Translations under genes and position numbers: made by a program
Shown here: piece by piece, positions 11,039-19,647 of the stretch
How positions within the stretch are numbered: the first letter of the stretch is position 1
Layout of the letters: each line of letters begins with the position of its first letter
Notes under the pieces: generated by a model
Told to the model about the DNA's origin: nothing
The model's database searches: none
What the model saw: only the letters and a program-made list of their open reading frames with translations
DNA from: Candidatus Latescibacterota bacterium
Lineage (GTDB): Bacteria > Latescibacterota > UBA2968 > UBA8231
Reading direction: 5' to 3'
Assembly: GCA_965197905.1 (NCBI GenBank)
Contig: CBDAOB010000005.1
Coordinates: 352,001 to 416,000 of the forward strand
DNA length: 64,000 nucleotides

Positions 11039-12364
11039 ATGAATCTTTCACTGATAGATCCAAAAAAACACAGACAGCTATTCCTGGACGACTACGCCGT
11101 GGAGAAAAAGATCGGTGTAAAGCAGACCCTGCAGCCTCCGAAAAAGTGCGGTCCCGTTCTCAAACCCAACCGCTCAATCGGTGAGACCTCTATTCAGAGC
11201 CGCAGCGCTCCCCAATGGAACCCTGAAAAGGGCGTCTGGGAATGGTGGTATTTCGGAAACCACATCTACTACGCCACATCCACCGATTTGGAACACTGGG
11301 ATACCCCTTCCCTGGGGCTGTACGAATGGAACGGCTCCAAGGACAACAACATCGCAAACGACCCCGAGGGAGATCAGGACAGGCGCCTCTATCACATCAT
11401 ACGTGATGAAATCGACCCGGACCCACAGCGCCGCTACAAGGGGTTGTTCAGCGCGTCCGACCGATACCTGGGCACCTCCCCCGATCCCGAGCTGGTTTTC
11501 CACACGGACAAGATCGATTGGGAGAATCGCAAGAAACGGGTGCGCGAGATCATCGAAAACCCGGCGTATATAACACCGGCTACCGTGGATAACCTGGACT
11601 ATCTACACACGAGAGAGATCGACGGTGTCACCCCCGCCGAAAGCTACCACATGGCGGTGATGCCGTACGAAGGATTCTATATCGGTTTCCCCCTGATCTT
11701 CAATGTGTTCGGTGCCAACCCGCCACCCCACATGAATCACAGCCGCATCAACCAGATTGAGATGACCGTCTCTCGCGATCTACGGCACTGGGAGCGAGTG
11801 GCGGACCGGGAAGTTTTCATCGGGATCGAACCGTGGGATGGGGTGCGATACAACACCAGTCAGGTCGGCATGGCAGGACGCCCCATCGTTGGCGAAAACG
11901 GTGAGATATTCATCTATCACATGGCTTCGCGCATTCCGAGCGGCAAAGAGCTCTACGCGACGCACAACCGCAATAAGGAGCTCTTCAGACTTCGAGTAGA
12001 CCCTGAGGTCTACAATGACCAGAGCGCCCTGTGCCTGGCCAAGCTTCCCATGGACCGGTTCGCGTGCCTCGAGGCCGAGGAAGCGGGAACCATTGTTACG
12101 AAGCCTTTTGTGATGAAAGGCGAGGACCTCTACATAAACGCCGAGGCAAATTGGGGCGAGATTTATGCCGAGATCCTGGATGCCGAGACCATGAAACCGT
12201 TCCCCGGTTTCTGGGTTCCGGCTCACCTCCCACCACCACTGACCGGTGATCACCTGCGAGCAAAGATCGAGTGGCAGCCCAAGCACGATTTGGTATTCGA
12301 AAAACCGGTACGCATACGGTTTTACCTGTATCAGGCGAGGCTCTATTCGTTTTGGCTGGAATAA
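11039..12364 (+). CDS. Tandem paralog of the preceding propeller protein with a 56-codon in-frame deletion
   Basis: Long identical peptide stretches shared with 9526..10977; same GAAGGAGCG RBS; GTSPD joins directly to PELVFHTD. Confidence 0.75.
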   Translation: MNLSLIDPKKHRQLFLDDYAVEKKIGVKQTLQPPKKCGPVLKPNRSIGETSIQSRSAPQWNPEKGVWEWWYFGNHIYYATSTDLEHWDTPSLGLYEWNGSKDNNIANDPEGDQDRRLYHIIRDEIDPDPQRRYKGLFSASDRYLGTSPDPELVFHTDKIDWENRKKRVREIIENPAYITPATVDNLDYLHTREIDGVTPAESYHMAVMPYEGFYIGFPLIFNVFGANPPPHMNHSRINQIEMTVSRDLRHWERVADREVFIGIEPWDGVRYNTSQVGMAGRPIVGENGEIFIYHMASRIPSGKELYATHNRNKELFRLRVDPEVYNDQSALCLAKLPMDRFACLEAEEAGTIVTKPFVMKGEDLYINAEANWGEIYAEILDAETMKPFPGFWVPAHLPPPLTGDHLRAKIEWQPKHDLVFEKPVRIRFYLYQARLYSFWLE

Positions 12365-12396
12365 CTATGAAAAACAAGCGGTGCGAGATGTTGGGC

Positions 12397-12419
12397 GTTG
12401 GTTGAACCCAACAACCAAC
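12397..12419. other. Intergenic hairpin
   Basis: GTTGGTTG-N7-CAACCAAC perfect 8-bp stem, no U tract. Confidence 0.3.
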
Positions 12420-12517
12420 CTGCCGCGCAGAAGTTTGACGAAAATCGGATGGCGAATCACCTCCAGCGTGTGGACGTGTGCGCGAGGTAGACCACCCGTC
12501 TCTTCAACCTCCAGCCA

Positions 12518-13336
12518 GTGGTGCCGGGAATGACGGTTCGGCTCGACACGACAACAATGTCAAGAATTCGAGTTCTCGCGACCGATCTGGATGGCACTCT
12601 TTTTGGCTCCAGTTCGGTTGCGTCGGAGCGCTCGGTGGCTGCCGTTCAACGATGCATCAAGTCAGGCTTCCATGTCGTGATCGCGACGGCTAGACCATTC
12701 CTGTCAGTGTGCAGCTCGCTTGATAAGCGGCTTCATGAGGGACGCTATTGGATATGCTCTGGGGGCGCCTCGATCTATCAAGACGGGGAACGGATCTATT
12801 CAGATACCATTGATGCGAATACGGCGATGACGTGCATCGAGCTACTAGATGCCTGTTCCTGGGATCTCGTCGTCTCCATGGAAATGGCGTCATCGGGCAA
12901 GCTCTTTATCAACAAAAAGCTGGACACCGGCTCCGTCCCGTTCGAGCTGGTCGATCTAAAGTCAATTCGCGGAGAGGTCACCAAGTTTCTGGTGACCGCC
13001 CCAGGGCAGCCAGAAGTGGGTGTCCCGCCCCTGCCCGGTCAGTGCAAGGTCGAGCACATCGACGGCGGCCTGGCCGTCAACATCACGTCGCCGACCGCAA
13101 ACAAAGCGACGGCTATGTCGGTTCTGCTGGAAAGCCTGGGTCTCGGCTACGATTCGGTGATGGCGTTCGGAGACGACATTAACGACCTCGATCTGCTGAA
13201 AAGCAGCGGTGTGGGGATTGCCATGGGAAATGCCGTCTCCGAGGTGAGAAACTGCGCTGACTACATTACCCTCTCCAATGATGAAGATGGGGTTGCAGTC
13301 GTGCTCGAAGGGTTGTTAGATGGCCTAGGCTATTGA
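12518..13336 (+). CDS. Cof-type HAD-IIB hydrolase
   Basis: DLDGTL, ATAR, NKA, FGDDIND, AMGNA and NDEDGV motifs; true start may be a few codons downstream. Confidence 0.9.
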   Translation: MVPGMTVRLDTTTMSRIRVLATDLDGTLFGSSSVASERSVAAVQRCIKSGFHVVIATARPFLSVCSSLDKRLHEGRYWICSGGASIYQDGERIYSDTIDANTAMTCIELLDACSWDLVVSMEMASSGKLFINKKLDTGSVPFELVDLKSIRGEVTKFLVTAPGQPEVGVPPLPGQCKVEHIDGGLAVNITSPTANKATAMSVLLESLGLGYDSVMAFGDDINDLDLLKSSGVGIAMGNAVSEVRNCADYITLSNDEDGVAVVLEGLLDGLGY

Positions 13337-13399
13337 TCTGCTTGACGAGATCGTCGAGACCGGATTACCTTGTAGCCGAATACAAATAGCTAGATCGAT

Positions 13400-13585
13400 G
13401 GTTGAGGTGTCCATCAAGGCATCGTCTTGATGGGAGAATAGGGAAGGCAGTGAAACTCTGCCGCGGCCCCGCCACTGTAACCGGTCTACGGATTGACCCG
13501 TAGCGCTACCGACAAAAACACCCACTGATCTGTTGTGATCGGGAAGGGGTCGGCAGCAAGCACCGGAAGCCAGGAGACCTGCCTT
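13400..13585 (+). ncRNA. Cobalamin (AdoCbl) riboswitch
   Basis: AGGTG...AATAGGGAA.GCAGTGAAACTCTGC.GCGGCCCCGCCACTGTAA...CCACTG...GGGAAGG...AAGCCAGGAGACCTGCC B12 box, upstream of a TonB receptor and cob genes. Confidence 0.95.
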
Positions 13586-13643
13586 TACCAGAGGTGACGA
13601 AACCTTCGACGGAAAGGTGGTCAACCTGTGGGTGATTCCTGGA

Positions 13644-13671
13644 CCTGCTCTCCTTCGAGGGCGGGTTTTTT
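13644..13671 (+). terminator. Riboswitch expression-platform intrinsic terminator
   Basis: CCTGCTCTC-CTTC-GAGGGCGGG stem followed by T6. Confidence 0.75.
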
Positions 13672-13672
13672 C

Positions 13673-15907
13673 GTGCCTGCCCTCCTCCTTTTGGAGATTC
13701 TCTTAACTACCCCTGCTTTTTCCACCAGTATCAGTGGTCGCGTCTTCGAGAGGAGCACCGGCGTCTCAATTCCCGGCGCCGTAGTGCGCCTGGATTCCGC
13801 AACGACTGCAACTAAGACCCGCACCACGCTAAGCGATTCCCTTGGATTCTTTACTTTCAACGGTCTTGCTCAAGGCAATTGGATGTTGTCGGCGGAAATG
13901 ATCGGCTACCGCTCGTTTCACCGTGCAATATCCCTGAGCGATGGGCTGGAGGTTGTTGATGTGCCCTTGAAATCCCAGCCGCTACGCATGGAACCTATGG
14001 TCGTGTGGGCTCGACGCGACGGTGACAGTCGGCATACGCCCGCTTATGTAGAAACCATACCGGTAGCGATCCTCAAAGCTCCGGGAGCCGATCTAGCACA
14101 GGCGCTGGATGCGGCAACAAACGTCAATGTCCGTCGCTATGGCGGCCTCGGCAGCTTCAGTACACTTTCGATTCGCGGATCGACGGCCGAGCAGGTCCAG
14201 GTCTACCTGGACGGAGTGCCCCTCAACCAGGCGCTCGGCGGCGGCGTCAACCTGGGCAACCTGCCGCTTTCCGGGGTCGAGAGCGTTCATATTTACCGGG
14301 GCGCGACGCCGGCGCGATTCGGTGGCAACAGCCTCGGCGGCGTCGTGCACATCCGCACGGCCTCGCTGTCTAACGCCAACCGAGCTCATGTTCGTGCTCA
14401 GTCTGGCTCTTTCGGCACGCATAAAGTGGGCATGTCCGTGTCCGGCCCCTGGAAACGGTGGGAGTATCTGGCCTTGTCAGAGTTCAATACCAGCGAGAAC
14501 GACTTCCGTTTTTGGGACGACAACGGCACCCAATACAACCTGGATGATGACGGTTGGGCTCGCCGCGTAAACAGCGATTTTCACTCTTTCCGCGGATTGG
14601 TCAAACTGGGCAGAGGTTTCGGTGAAAACCGGCTGCAGGTCCACAACACCTTCGACCTCAGCCACTCGGGGATATCAGGCACCGGAATTCATCAAGCCAG
14701 GCGTAGCCGGTTGGACTCATGGCGCAATCTTTCGGAAGCGAACTTCCACGGTCCCTGGGCGGGCGGATTTGGCGGATATGCGCTAAAGGGATACTACTCG
14801 GTGGAAACGAACGAATACAAAGATCTTCACGGTGAGGTGGGATTCGGCGCACAGCACGACCGCAATACCACTCTCGGCGCCGGTTTTCGCGGCGAAGTGC
14901 ATGCGGTCATTCCAGAGCGCGGTCTCGCTACCCTGTTTGCGGTGGGTCATTCCGAGAACTTCGAGCCGGAGAATCTCCTCCAGAAAAATGGCCCGTCCAT
15001 TCATGCCCGGCGGTATCGTGGGTCGCTGGGGGCGGAGATGGAGTCGCTCCCCCTGATGCAGCGATTCACGCTGACCGCCGGCGGTCAGGTCGAACGACTG
15101 GATGACCGTCTCCTTACGCGGCAAAGCTTTCTGGCCAGCGCGTTTGAATCGGGCCGGCACAGCACAGAATCAATCTGGGGATTTCGGCTCGGGACGACCA
15201 TGGCGCTGAACAAATCGCTGTCGCTGAAAGCACACCGCGGCAGCTACCAGCGTCCGCCAAGCTTTTTTGAGCTGTTTGGTGATCGCGGGTCCTTGGTGGG
15301 CGATCCAGATCTGGTCAGTGAGGAGGGAGACAAGTGGGATCTGGGGCTGGACGCTCGAAATCTGTTCGGAGGCGCTCTGCAGCGAGCAGAGGTGGTGTAC
15401 TACAAGAGCGCCGTCAAGAACCTGATCCGCTTCGTGCAGAGCACGCAGCAGGTGTCGGAGCCCCACAACATCGGCGAAACAGGTCTCAGCGGACTGGAGA
15501 CACGATTCAATCTTAGCCTCTCCCTGGTGAGGATCGGAGGCAGCTATGTTTACCAGCGGGCCGAGAACCGCGGCCCCCTTTCCTACGAGCGGGGCAACGA
15601 TCTTCCCAATGCCCCGCGGCATCGATTCGGTCTGCAGTTGAGCGCCGGCAAATTGGGCAACGGTCTGCGCTATGCGTTCGATCGGGAAAGCAGAAACTTT
15701 CTCGACCGCGCCAATCTTAATCCGATCCCCGCCCGCTCGGTCCACACCATGGGGTTCAATCTTCTCGTCACCACAGGGGTGGACCTGTCCATGGAGGTGC
15801 GCAATCTGGGCAACAACGAGGTCGCCGATGTCTGGGGTTACCCTCTCCCCGGTCGATCCTACTTCATCTCCGCACGTTTCGAGCGCCGTTCGAACGATGA
15901 AAACTGA
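13673..15907 (+). CDS. TonB-dependent receptor, probable cobalamin uptake (BtuB-like)
   Basis: Signal peptide, carboxypeptidase-regulatory-like N-domain, plug motifs SIRGS, LDGVPLN and GGVVHI, C-terminal PLPGRSY; GTG 13673 lies just after the terminator (ORF track start 13628). Confidence 0.85.
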   Translation: MPALLLLEILLTTPAFSTSISGRVFERSTGVSIPGAVVRLDSATTATKTRTTLSDSLGFFTFNGLAQGNWMLSAEMIGYRSFHRAISLSDGLEVVDVPLKSQPLRMEPMVVWARRDGDSRHTPAYVETIPVAILKAPGADLAQALDAATNVNVRRYGGLGSFSTLSIRGSTAEQVQVYLDGVPLNQALGGGVNLGNLPLSGVESVHIYRGATPARFGGNSLGGVVHIRTASLSNANRAHVRAQSGSFGTHKVGMSVSGPWKRWEYLALSEFNTSENDFRFWDDNGTQYNLDDDGWARRVNSDFHSFRGLVKLGRGFGENRLQVHNTFDLSHSGISGTGIHQARRSRLDSWRNLSEANFHGPWAGGFGGYALKGYYSVETNEYKDLHGEVGFGAQHDRNTTLGAGFRGEVHAVIPERGLATLFAVGHSENFEPENLLQKNGPSIHARRYRGSLGAEMESLPLMQRFTLTAGGQVERLDDRLLTRQSFLASAFESGRHSTESIWGFRLGTTMALNKSLSLKAHRGSYQRPPSFFELFGDRGSLVGDPDLVSEEGDKWDLGLDARNLFGGALQRAEVVYYKSAVKNLIRFVQSTQQVSEPHNIGETGLSGLETRFNLSLSLVRIGGSYVYQRAENRGPLSYERGNDLPNAPRHRFGLQLSAGKLGNGLRYAFDRESRNFLDRANLNPIPARSVHTMGFNLLVTTGVDLSMEVRNLGNNEVADVWGYPLPGRSYFISARFERRSNDEN

Positions 15908-15964
15908 TCACCATCACAACGACCTAGAAGCCATGCCTAACCTACAACTCATGGACCTATCGCG

Positions 15965-16490
15965 ATGAACCAGATAACTCTTGTTACCGGAGGATGCCGA
16001 TCAGGCAAAAGCACCCAAGCCCGACTGTGTGCCGCGGAAACCGACAACGACGTCGTATTTATCGCTACCTGTCCCCGGCTTGACGATGAGATGGTTCTGC
16101 GCATCGAAAGACACCGGGAGGAACGACGGCCGTTGGGTTGGCGCACCGTTGAGGAGGAGCTCGATCTCGCGCGCGCCTTCGCGTCCTCCGACGATGGTGA
16201 TACCATCCTCGTCGATTGCCTGACGCTTTGGGTTGCATGCCGTCCAACAGCAGGACAACCCCTTGACTGAGGACGACCTGGAAGCAGCCAGTCGGGCACT
16301 ATTGAAAAGCTGCAGGGATCGATCGGGCAGGGTCGTATTGGTAACGAACGAGGTGGGGCTGGGCGTTGCTCCCGACAACGAGCTGGCGCGTCTCTACCGC
16401 GATCTGGTTGGTCGCTGCAACCAGGTTGTCGCCAAGGAAGCTGACCGGGTGATATTGATGGTCAGCGGTCTCCCTCTGCCGTTGAAATAG
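15965..16490 (+). pseudogene. cobU: Adenosylcobinamide kinase / adenosylcobinamide-phosphate guanylyltransferase, frameshifted near 16233
   Basis: GGCRSGKS, RH...R...W.TVEE and DCLTLW in the first ORF; VTNEVGLG and YRDLVGRCNQ in the second ORF 16233..16490. Confidence 0.9.
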
Positions 16491-16501
16491 GAGATGAGAA
16501 T

Positions 16502-17575
16502 ATGAAGGTTCTCGATGCCACCCTTGAACGCATCGAAACGCAGGACCCAAAGTGGCGGAGTCTGGCTGTCGAGCGTCTGGAGCAACTCACCATGCCAAGG
16601 TGGGCATTGGGTAGACTGATGGATCTCAGCGTCGATCTTGCCGGCATGACCCGATCGCTGCGACCCGCTGTCGAACGGCGTCTCATGGTCGTGATGGCGG
16701 GTGATCACGGCGTCGCGGAGCAGGGGGTGAGCCAGTATCCGCAAGAGGTTACCGTTCAGATGGTGCACAATTTTGTGCAGCAGGGAGCCGGCATTAACGC
16801 TTTGGCGAAGGTAGCCGGAGCGGATGTGCTCGTTGCCGACCTGGGTGTGAGAGGTGACCTGACAGAAGTAAAGCAGAGCGGCGCGGTGCTCGACCACCGG
16901 ATCGGCGCCGGCACCGCAGACATTGCAACCGGTCCTGCCATGACCAGAAGCGATGCGGTACGAGCACTGGAAGCCGGGATTCAGATCGCCAATGAGCGGC
17001 TGGTGGACTTTGATTTGGTAGGTACCGGCGATATGGGCATAGGCAATACTACGCCAAGCGCCGCCATCGCTGCCCGAATTACAGGCAGCTCGGTCCGGGA
17101 CGTTACGGGTAAAGGGACGGGCATCGATGAGCAGCGACAGGGACACAAGATCGAAATCGTGGAGCGGGCTTTGCGCGTAAATCAGGTCGATCCCAACGAT
17201 GGGGTCGACGTCCTCGCCAAACTTGGCGGGTTCGAGATCGGCGGCATCGCCGGACTGATTCTAGGGGCGTCCGCGCAACGCAAACCGGTAATCGTGGATG
17301 GTTTCATCTCTACGGCAGCGGCTCTGATCGCCAGAACCCTCTCCCCAACAGCGGCAGATTATATCGTGCTGGCGCATTGCAGTGCCGAACGAGGCCACCA
17401 GGTAATGTGCAATCTCCTGGAAAAGCAGCCCTTGCTTGACCTGGGTATGCGGTTGGGCGAAGGCACGGGCGCCGCCCTTGCCATGCCGCTGGTGGAAGGT
17501 GCCGCGCGTTTGCTCTCGGAAGTGAAGACCTTTGAGGAGGCTGCGGTCTCGCAGGCACCCGGGATCGAGTCTTAG
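16502..17575 (+). CDS. cobT: Nicotinate-nucleotide--dimethylbenzimidazole phosphoribosyltransferase
   Basis: AGDHGV, GDMGIGNTT, GGFEI, VDGFI and MRLGEGTGA motifs. Confidence 0.95.
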   Translation: MKVLDATLERIETQDPKWRSLAVERLEQLTMPRWALGRLMDLSVDLAGMTRSLRPAVERRLMVVMAGDHGVAEQGVSQYPQEVTVQMVHNFVQQGAGINALAKVAGADVLVADLGVRGDLTEVKQSGAVLDHRIGAGTADIATGPAMTRSDAVRALEAGIQIANERLVDFDLVGTGDMGIGNTTPSAAIAARITGSSVRDVTGKGTGIDEQRQGHKIEIVERALRVNQVDPNDGVDVLAKLGGFEIGGIAGLILGASAQRKPVIVDGFISTAAALIARTLSPTAADYIVLAHCSAERGHQVMCNLLEKQPLLDLGMRLGEGTGAALAMPLVEGAARLLSEVKTFEEAAVSQAPGIES

Positions 17576-18363
17576 AGCGCCAGCTCTAGCAGTCGTGCCG
17601 GCCACACGGTCGCAGGCCATCCCGACCAAAGGCGCGACGCCGCAACCAATCCCAACAGCGTGACGATTTCGGCGACTTCGCTCATGGCGCCACAAGTATC
17701 TCCGGTTAAACCACCCAGGCTCCGCCGAAAGAGGTGTCCGAGAAGGTGGGTGACGGATGCCACGAGCAACAACACCAGCACTCCGTGGGGGAAAACGAAG
17801 AAGGCGCTCATAGCCAACGCCGAGATCGTAGCCATGAGAAAGTCGCGCCCGCGGATCAGCTTGTGAAGATTTTTGTCGCGTCCCTCTCCGCGCGCCGCAG
17901 GGAACCAGAAGATACCGTACACGGCCGACCAGCGTCCCCAGACCGGCGCGATTGCTGCCCCCAGCCACCACCAAGGGCCGAGGCTGAAAATCCCCACCAC
18001 CTTAAAGGCCAAGACCAATATCAGACCGACCGCGCCCAGAGCTCCAATGCGGCTGTCGCGCATGATTTCGAGTTTGCGTTCTGGTGGGTGACCGGAAAAC
18101 ATGCCGTCACAGGTATCGGCGACGCCGTCCAGATGTAACCCCAGGCTGACAAAGGCCCACGTCGACACGACGAAGAGCGATGCCAACAGAGGACCCCAAA
18201 TTATTTGAGCGATAGCCCCAGCTGCGACACCCAAAACGCCGATGATCAGTCCCGCAGTAGGGAATGCCGCAAACCCTCGTGCCATGGACTGCTCATCTGG
18301 AGCCGGCAAACCAGCTACAGGAATGCAGGTGAGGAAACGCAGGGCTTCGCCCAGGGGACGCAT
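17572..18363 (-). CDS. cobS: Adenosylcobinamide-GDP ribazoletransferase (cobalamin synthase)
   Basis: FLT.IP, GLHLDGVADTCDG, IMRDSRIGALG and GGLTGD motifs; start set at MRPLGEA. Confidence 0.92.
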   Translation of the reverse strand: MRPLGEALRFLTCIPVAGLPAPDEQSMARGFAAFPTAGLIIGVLGVAAGAIAQIIWGPLLASLFVVSTWAFVSLGLHLDGVADTCDGMFSGHPPERKLEIMRDSRIGALGAVGLILVLAFKVVGIFSLGPWWWLGAAIAPVWGRWSAVYGIFWFPAARGEGRDKNLHKLIRGRDFLMATISALAMSAFFVFPHGVLVLLLVASVTHLLGHLFRRSLGGLTGDTCGAMSEVAEIVTLLGLVAASRLWSGWPATVWPARLLELAL

Positions 18364-18546
18364 AGGTCCCCAATAGTTTTTCGAATTCGGATCTCGCATC
18401 CCTCGATGGTTCCTAACGTGAGTGTAACCTAAGGACGAGCTGACCAAGCCCAACTCTACAGAGAGGCGAAGAAGGACGCGCTCCCCGCGCTCGAGTGTGG
18501 CACTACTCCGGCCCAATCGGCAGATCGCACACCTGCGCGCCCGGCG

Positions 18547-18666
18547 TCCTTCGAGCGCATCCGCGTTCAGGTGCAAGTCACGTTCCGGCGCCACGGACGG
18601 CTCCGTCAGCACTGAACCCTCGGCGCCGCCGGCGACCAACGAGACGAACCCATCCCGGTGCAGCAC
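18547..18666 (-). pseudogene. Relic fragment of a propeller-GH-family C-terminal region
   Basis: LHRDGFVSLVAGGAEGSVLTEP...DLHLNADA resembles LPIDRFVSLDADQAGTITTKP...DLYVNAEA of 9526..10977. Confidence 0.55.
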
Positions 18667-18886
18667 CGCCTCCCACTGCTATTCACGCCCGTTGACTGCC
18701 GGTGATATAGATGCTCTTTGCAATGGCTGCGTCAAGTATTGTGCAGGTCTCTTCCCGGACTCTTTGTGGGGGCGCGATAGACCGAGCATTTTCGCCCCTA
18801 TTGCGTTATAATCTCTTAAGTCGGTTGTGGGCAGGGCCATCCTCGGCCTTGCTGTAGGTTCTCTCACCCTTGGAGGAGTCAAACAC

Positions 18887-19630
18887 TTGGCAGGTGGCCT
18901 CGTGCTCATCGTCGAAGATCAAGCCCTCGTAGCCGATGATCTCGCCCAAACGGTCCGGCAACTAGGATACGAAGTGGCGGGCATTGCATCAGCTGGCACC
19001 GAGGCCATCACGAAGGTTTCTCAAGTGAAACCTGATGTTGTCCTGATGGATATCAGTCTGCAGGGAGAGAAGGATGGCATCACGGCAGCTGAAGCCATCA
19101 ACAACCGCTTCCAGGTGCCGGTGATCTTCGTCACCGCCCACACCGACGCCGCCACGGTGCAACGGGCAAGGTCGGTTCGCCCAAGCGGGTATATTGTGAA
19201 ACCCTTCGATACAGAGCAAATCGGCCAGGCTCTTCGAAATGCCTTGCAGCCGGTCGATCAGCAAGTCGAGAGCGAGCGACAGGCGTCCATTCTGATCGTC
19301 GACAGCCTGGAGTACACGCAGGATACGATCGCAAGGGCTCTCCCGCGTGGTCACCGGGTGAGGTTTGCGGGGTCGTTCGATGCGGCCAGGCAAGCTCTTG
19401 CAGGGGGACAATTCGACGTGATCCTGGTGAATGTCGACATGCCAGACACCGGAGGACCATCGATTCGCACGATGAGGAGAGAGCTTGGGGTATCGGCGCC
19501 CATCATCGCCATCACCCAGAAGGTCGATCCGGGATTATCTGCCTTCTACAAGGCTGACGTCCAGATCCTTCTCGAGAGTTCACAACTGAAGTCCCGGCTG
19601 GCAGCCGAGATCAACCGCAGTCTGTCCTGA
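18887..19630 (+). CDS. Response regulator with a REC domain plus a degenerate second REC domain
   Basis: IVED, MDI, TAH and KPF in domain 1; IVDS...LVNVDMP in domain 2; GGAGGAG RBS before TTG 18887; TATAAT at 18807-18812. Confidence 0.85.
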   Translation: MAGGLVLIVEDQALVADDLAQTVRQLGYEVAGIASAGTEAITKVSQVKPDVVLMDISLQGEKDGITAAEAINNRFQVPVIFVTAHTDAATVQRARSVRPSGYIVKPFDTEQIGQALRNALQPVDQQVESERQASILIVDSLEYTQDTIARALPRGHRVRFAGSFDAARQALAGGQFDVILVNVDMPDTGGPSIRTMRRELGVSAPIIAITQKVDPGLSAFYKADVQILLESSQLKSRLAAEINRSLS

Positions 19631-19647
19631 GAGCCGGACAAGCAGGC

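Noticed and set aside
17572..18666. 364-aa CobS fusion protein
   Set aside because: CobS homology begins near 18363; the extension is relic plus intergenic sequence
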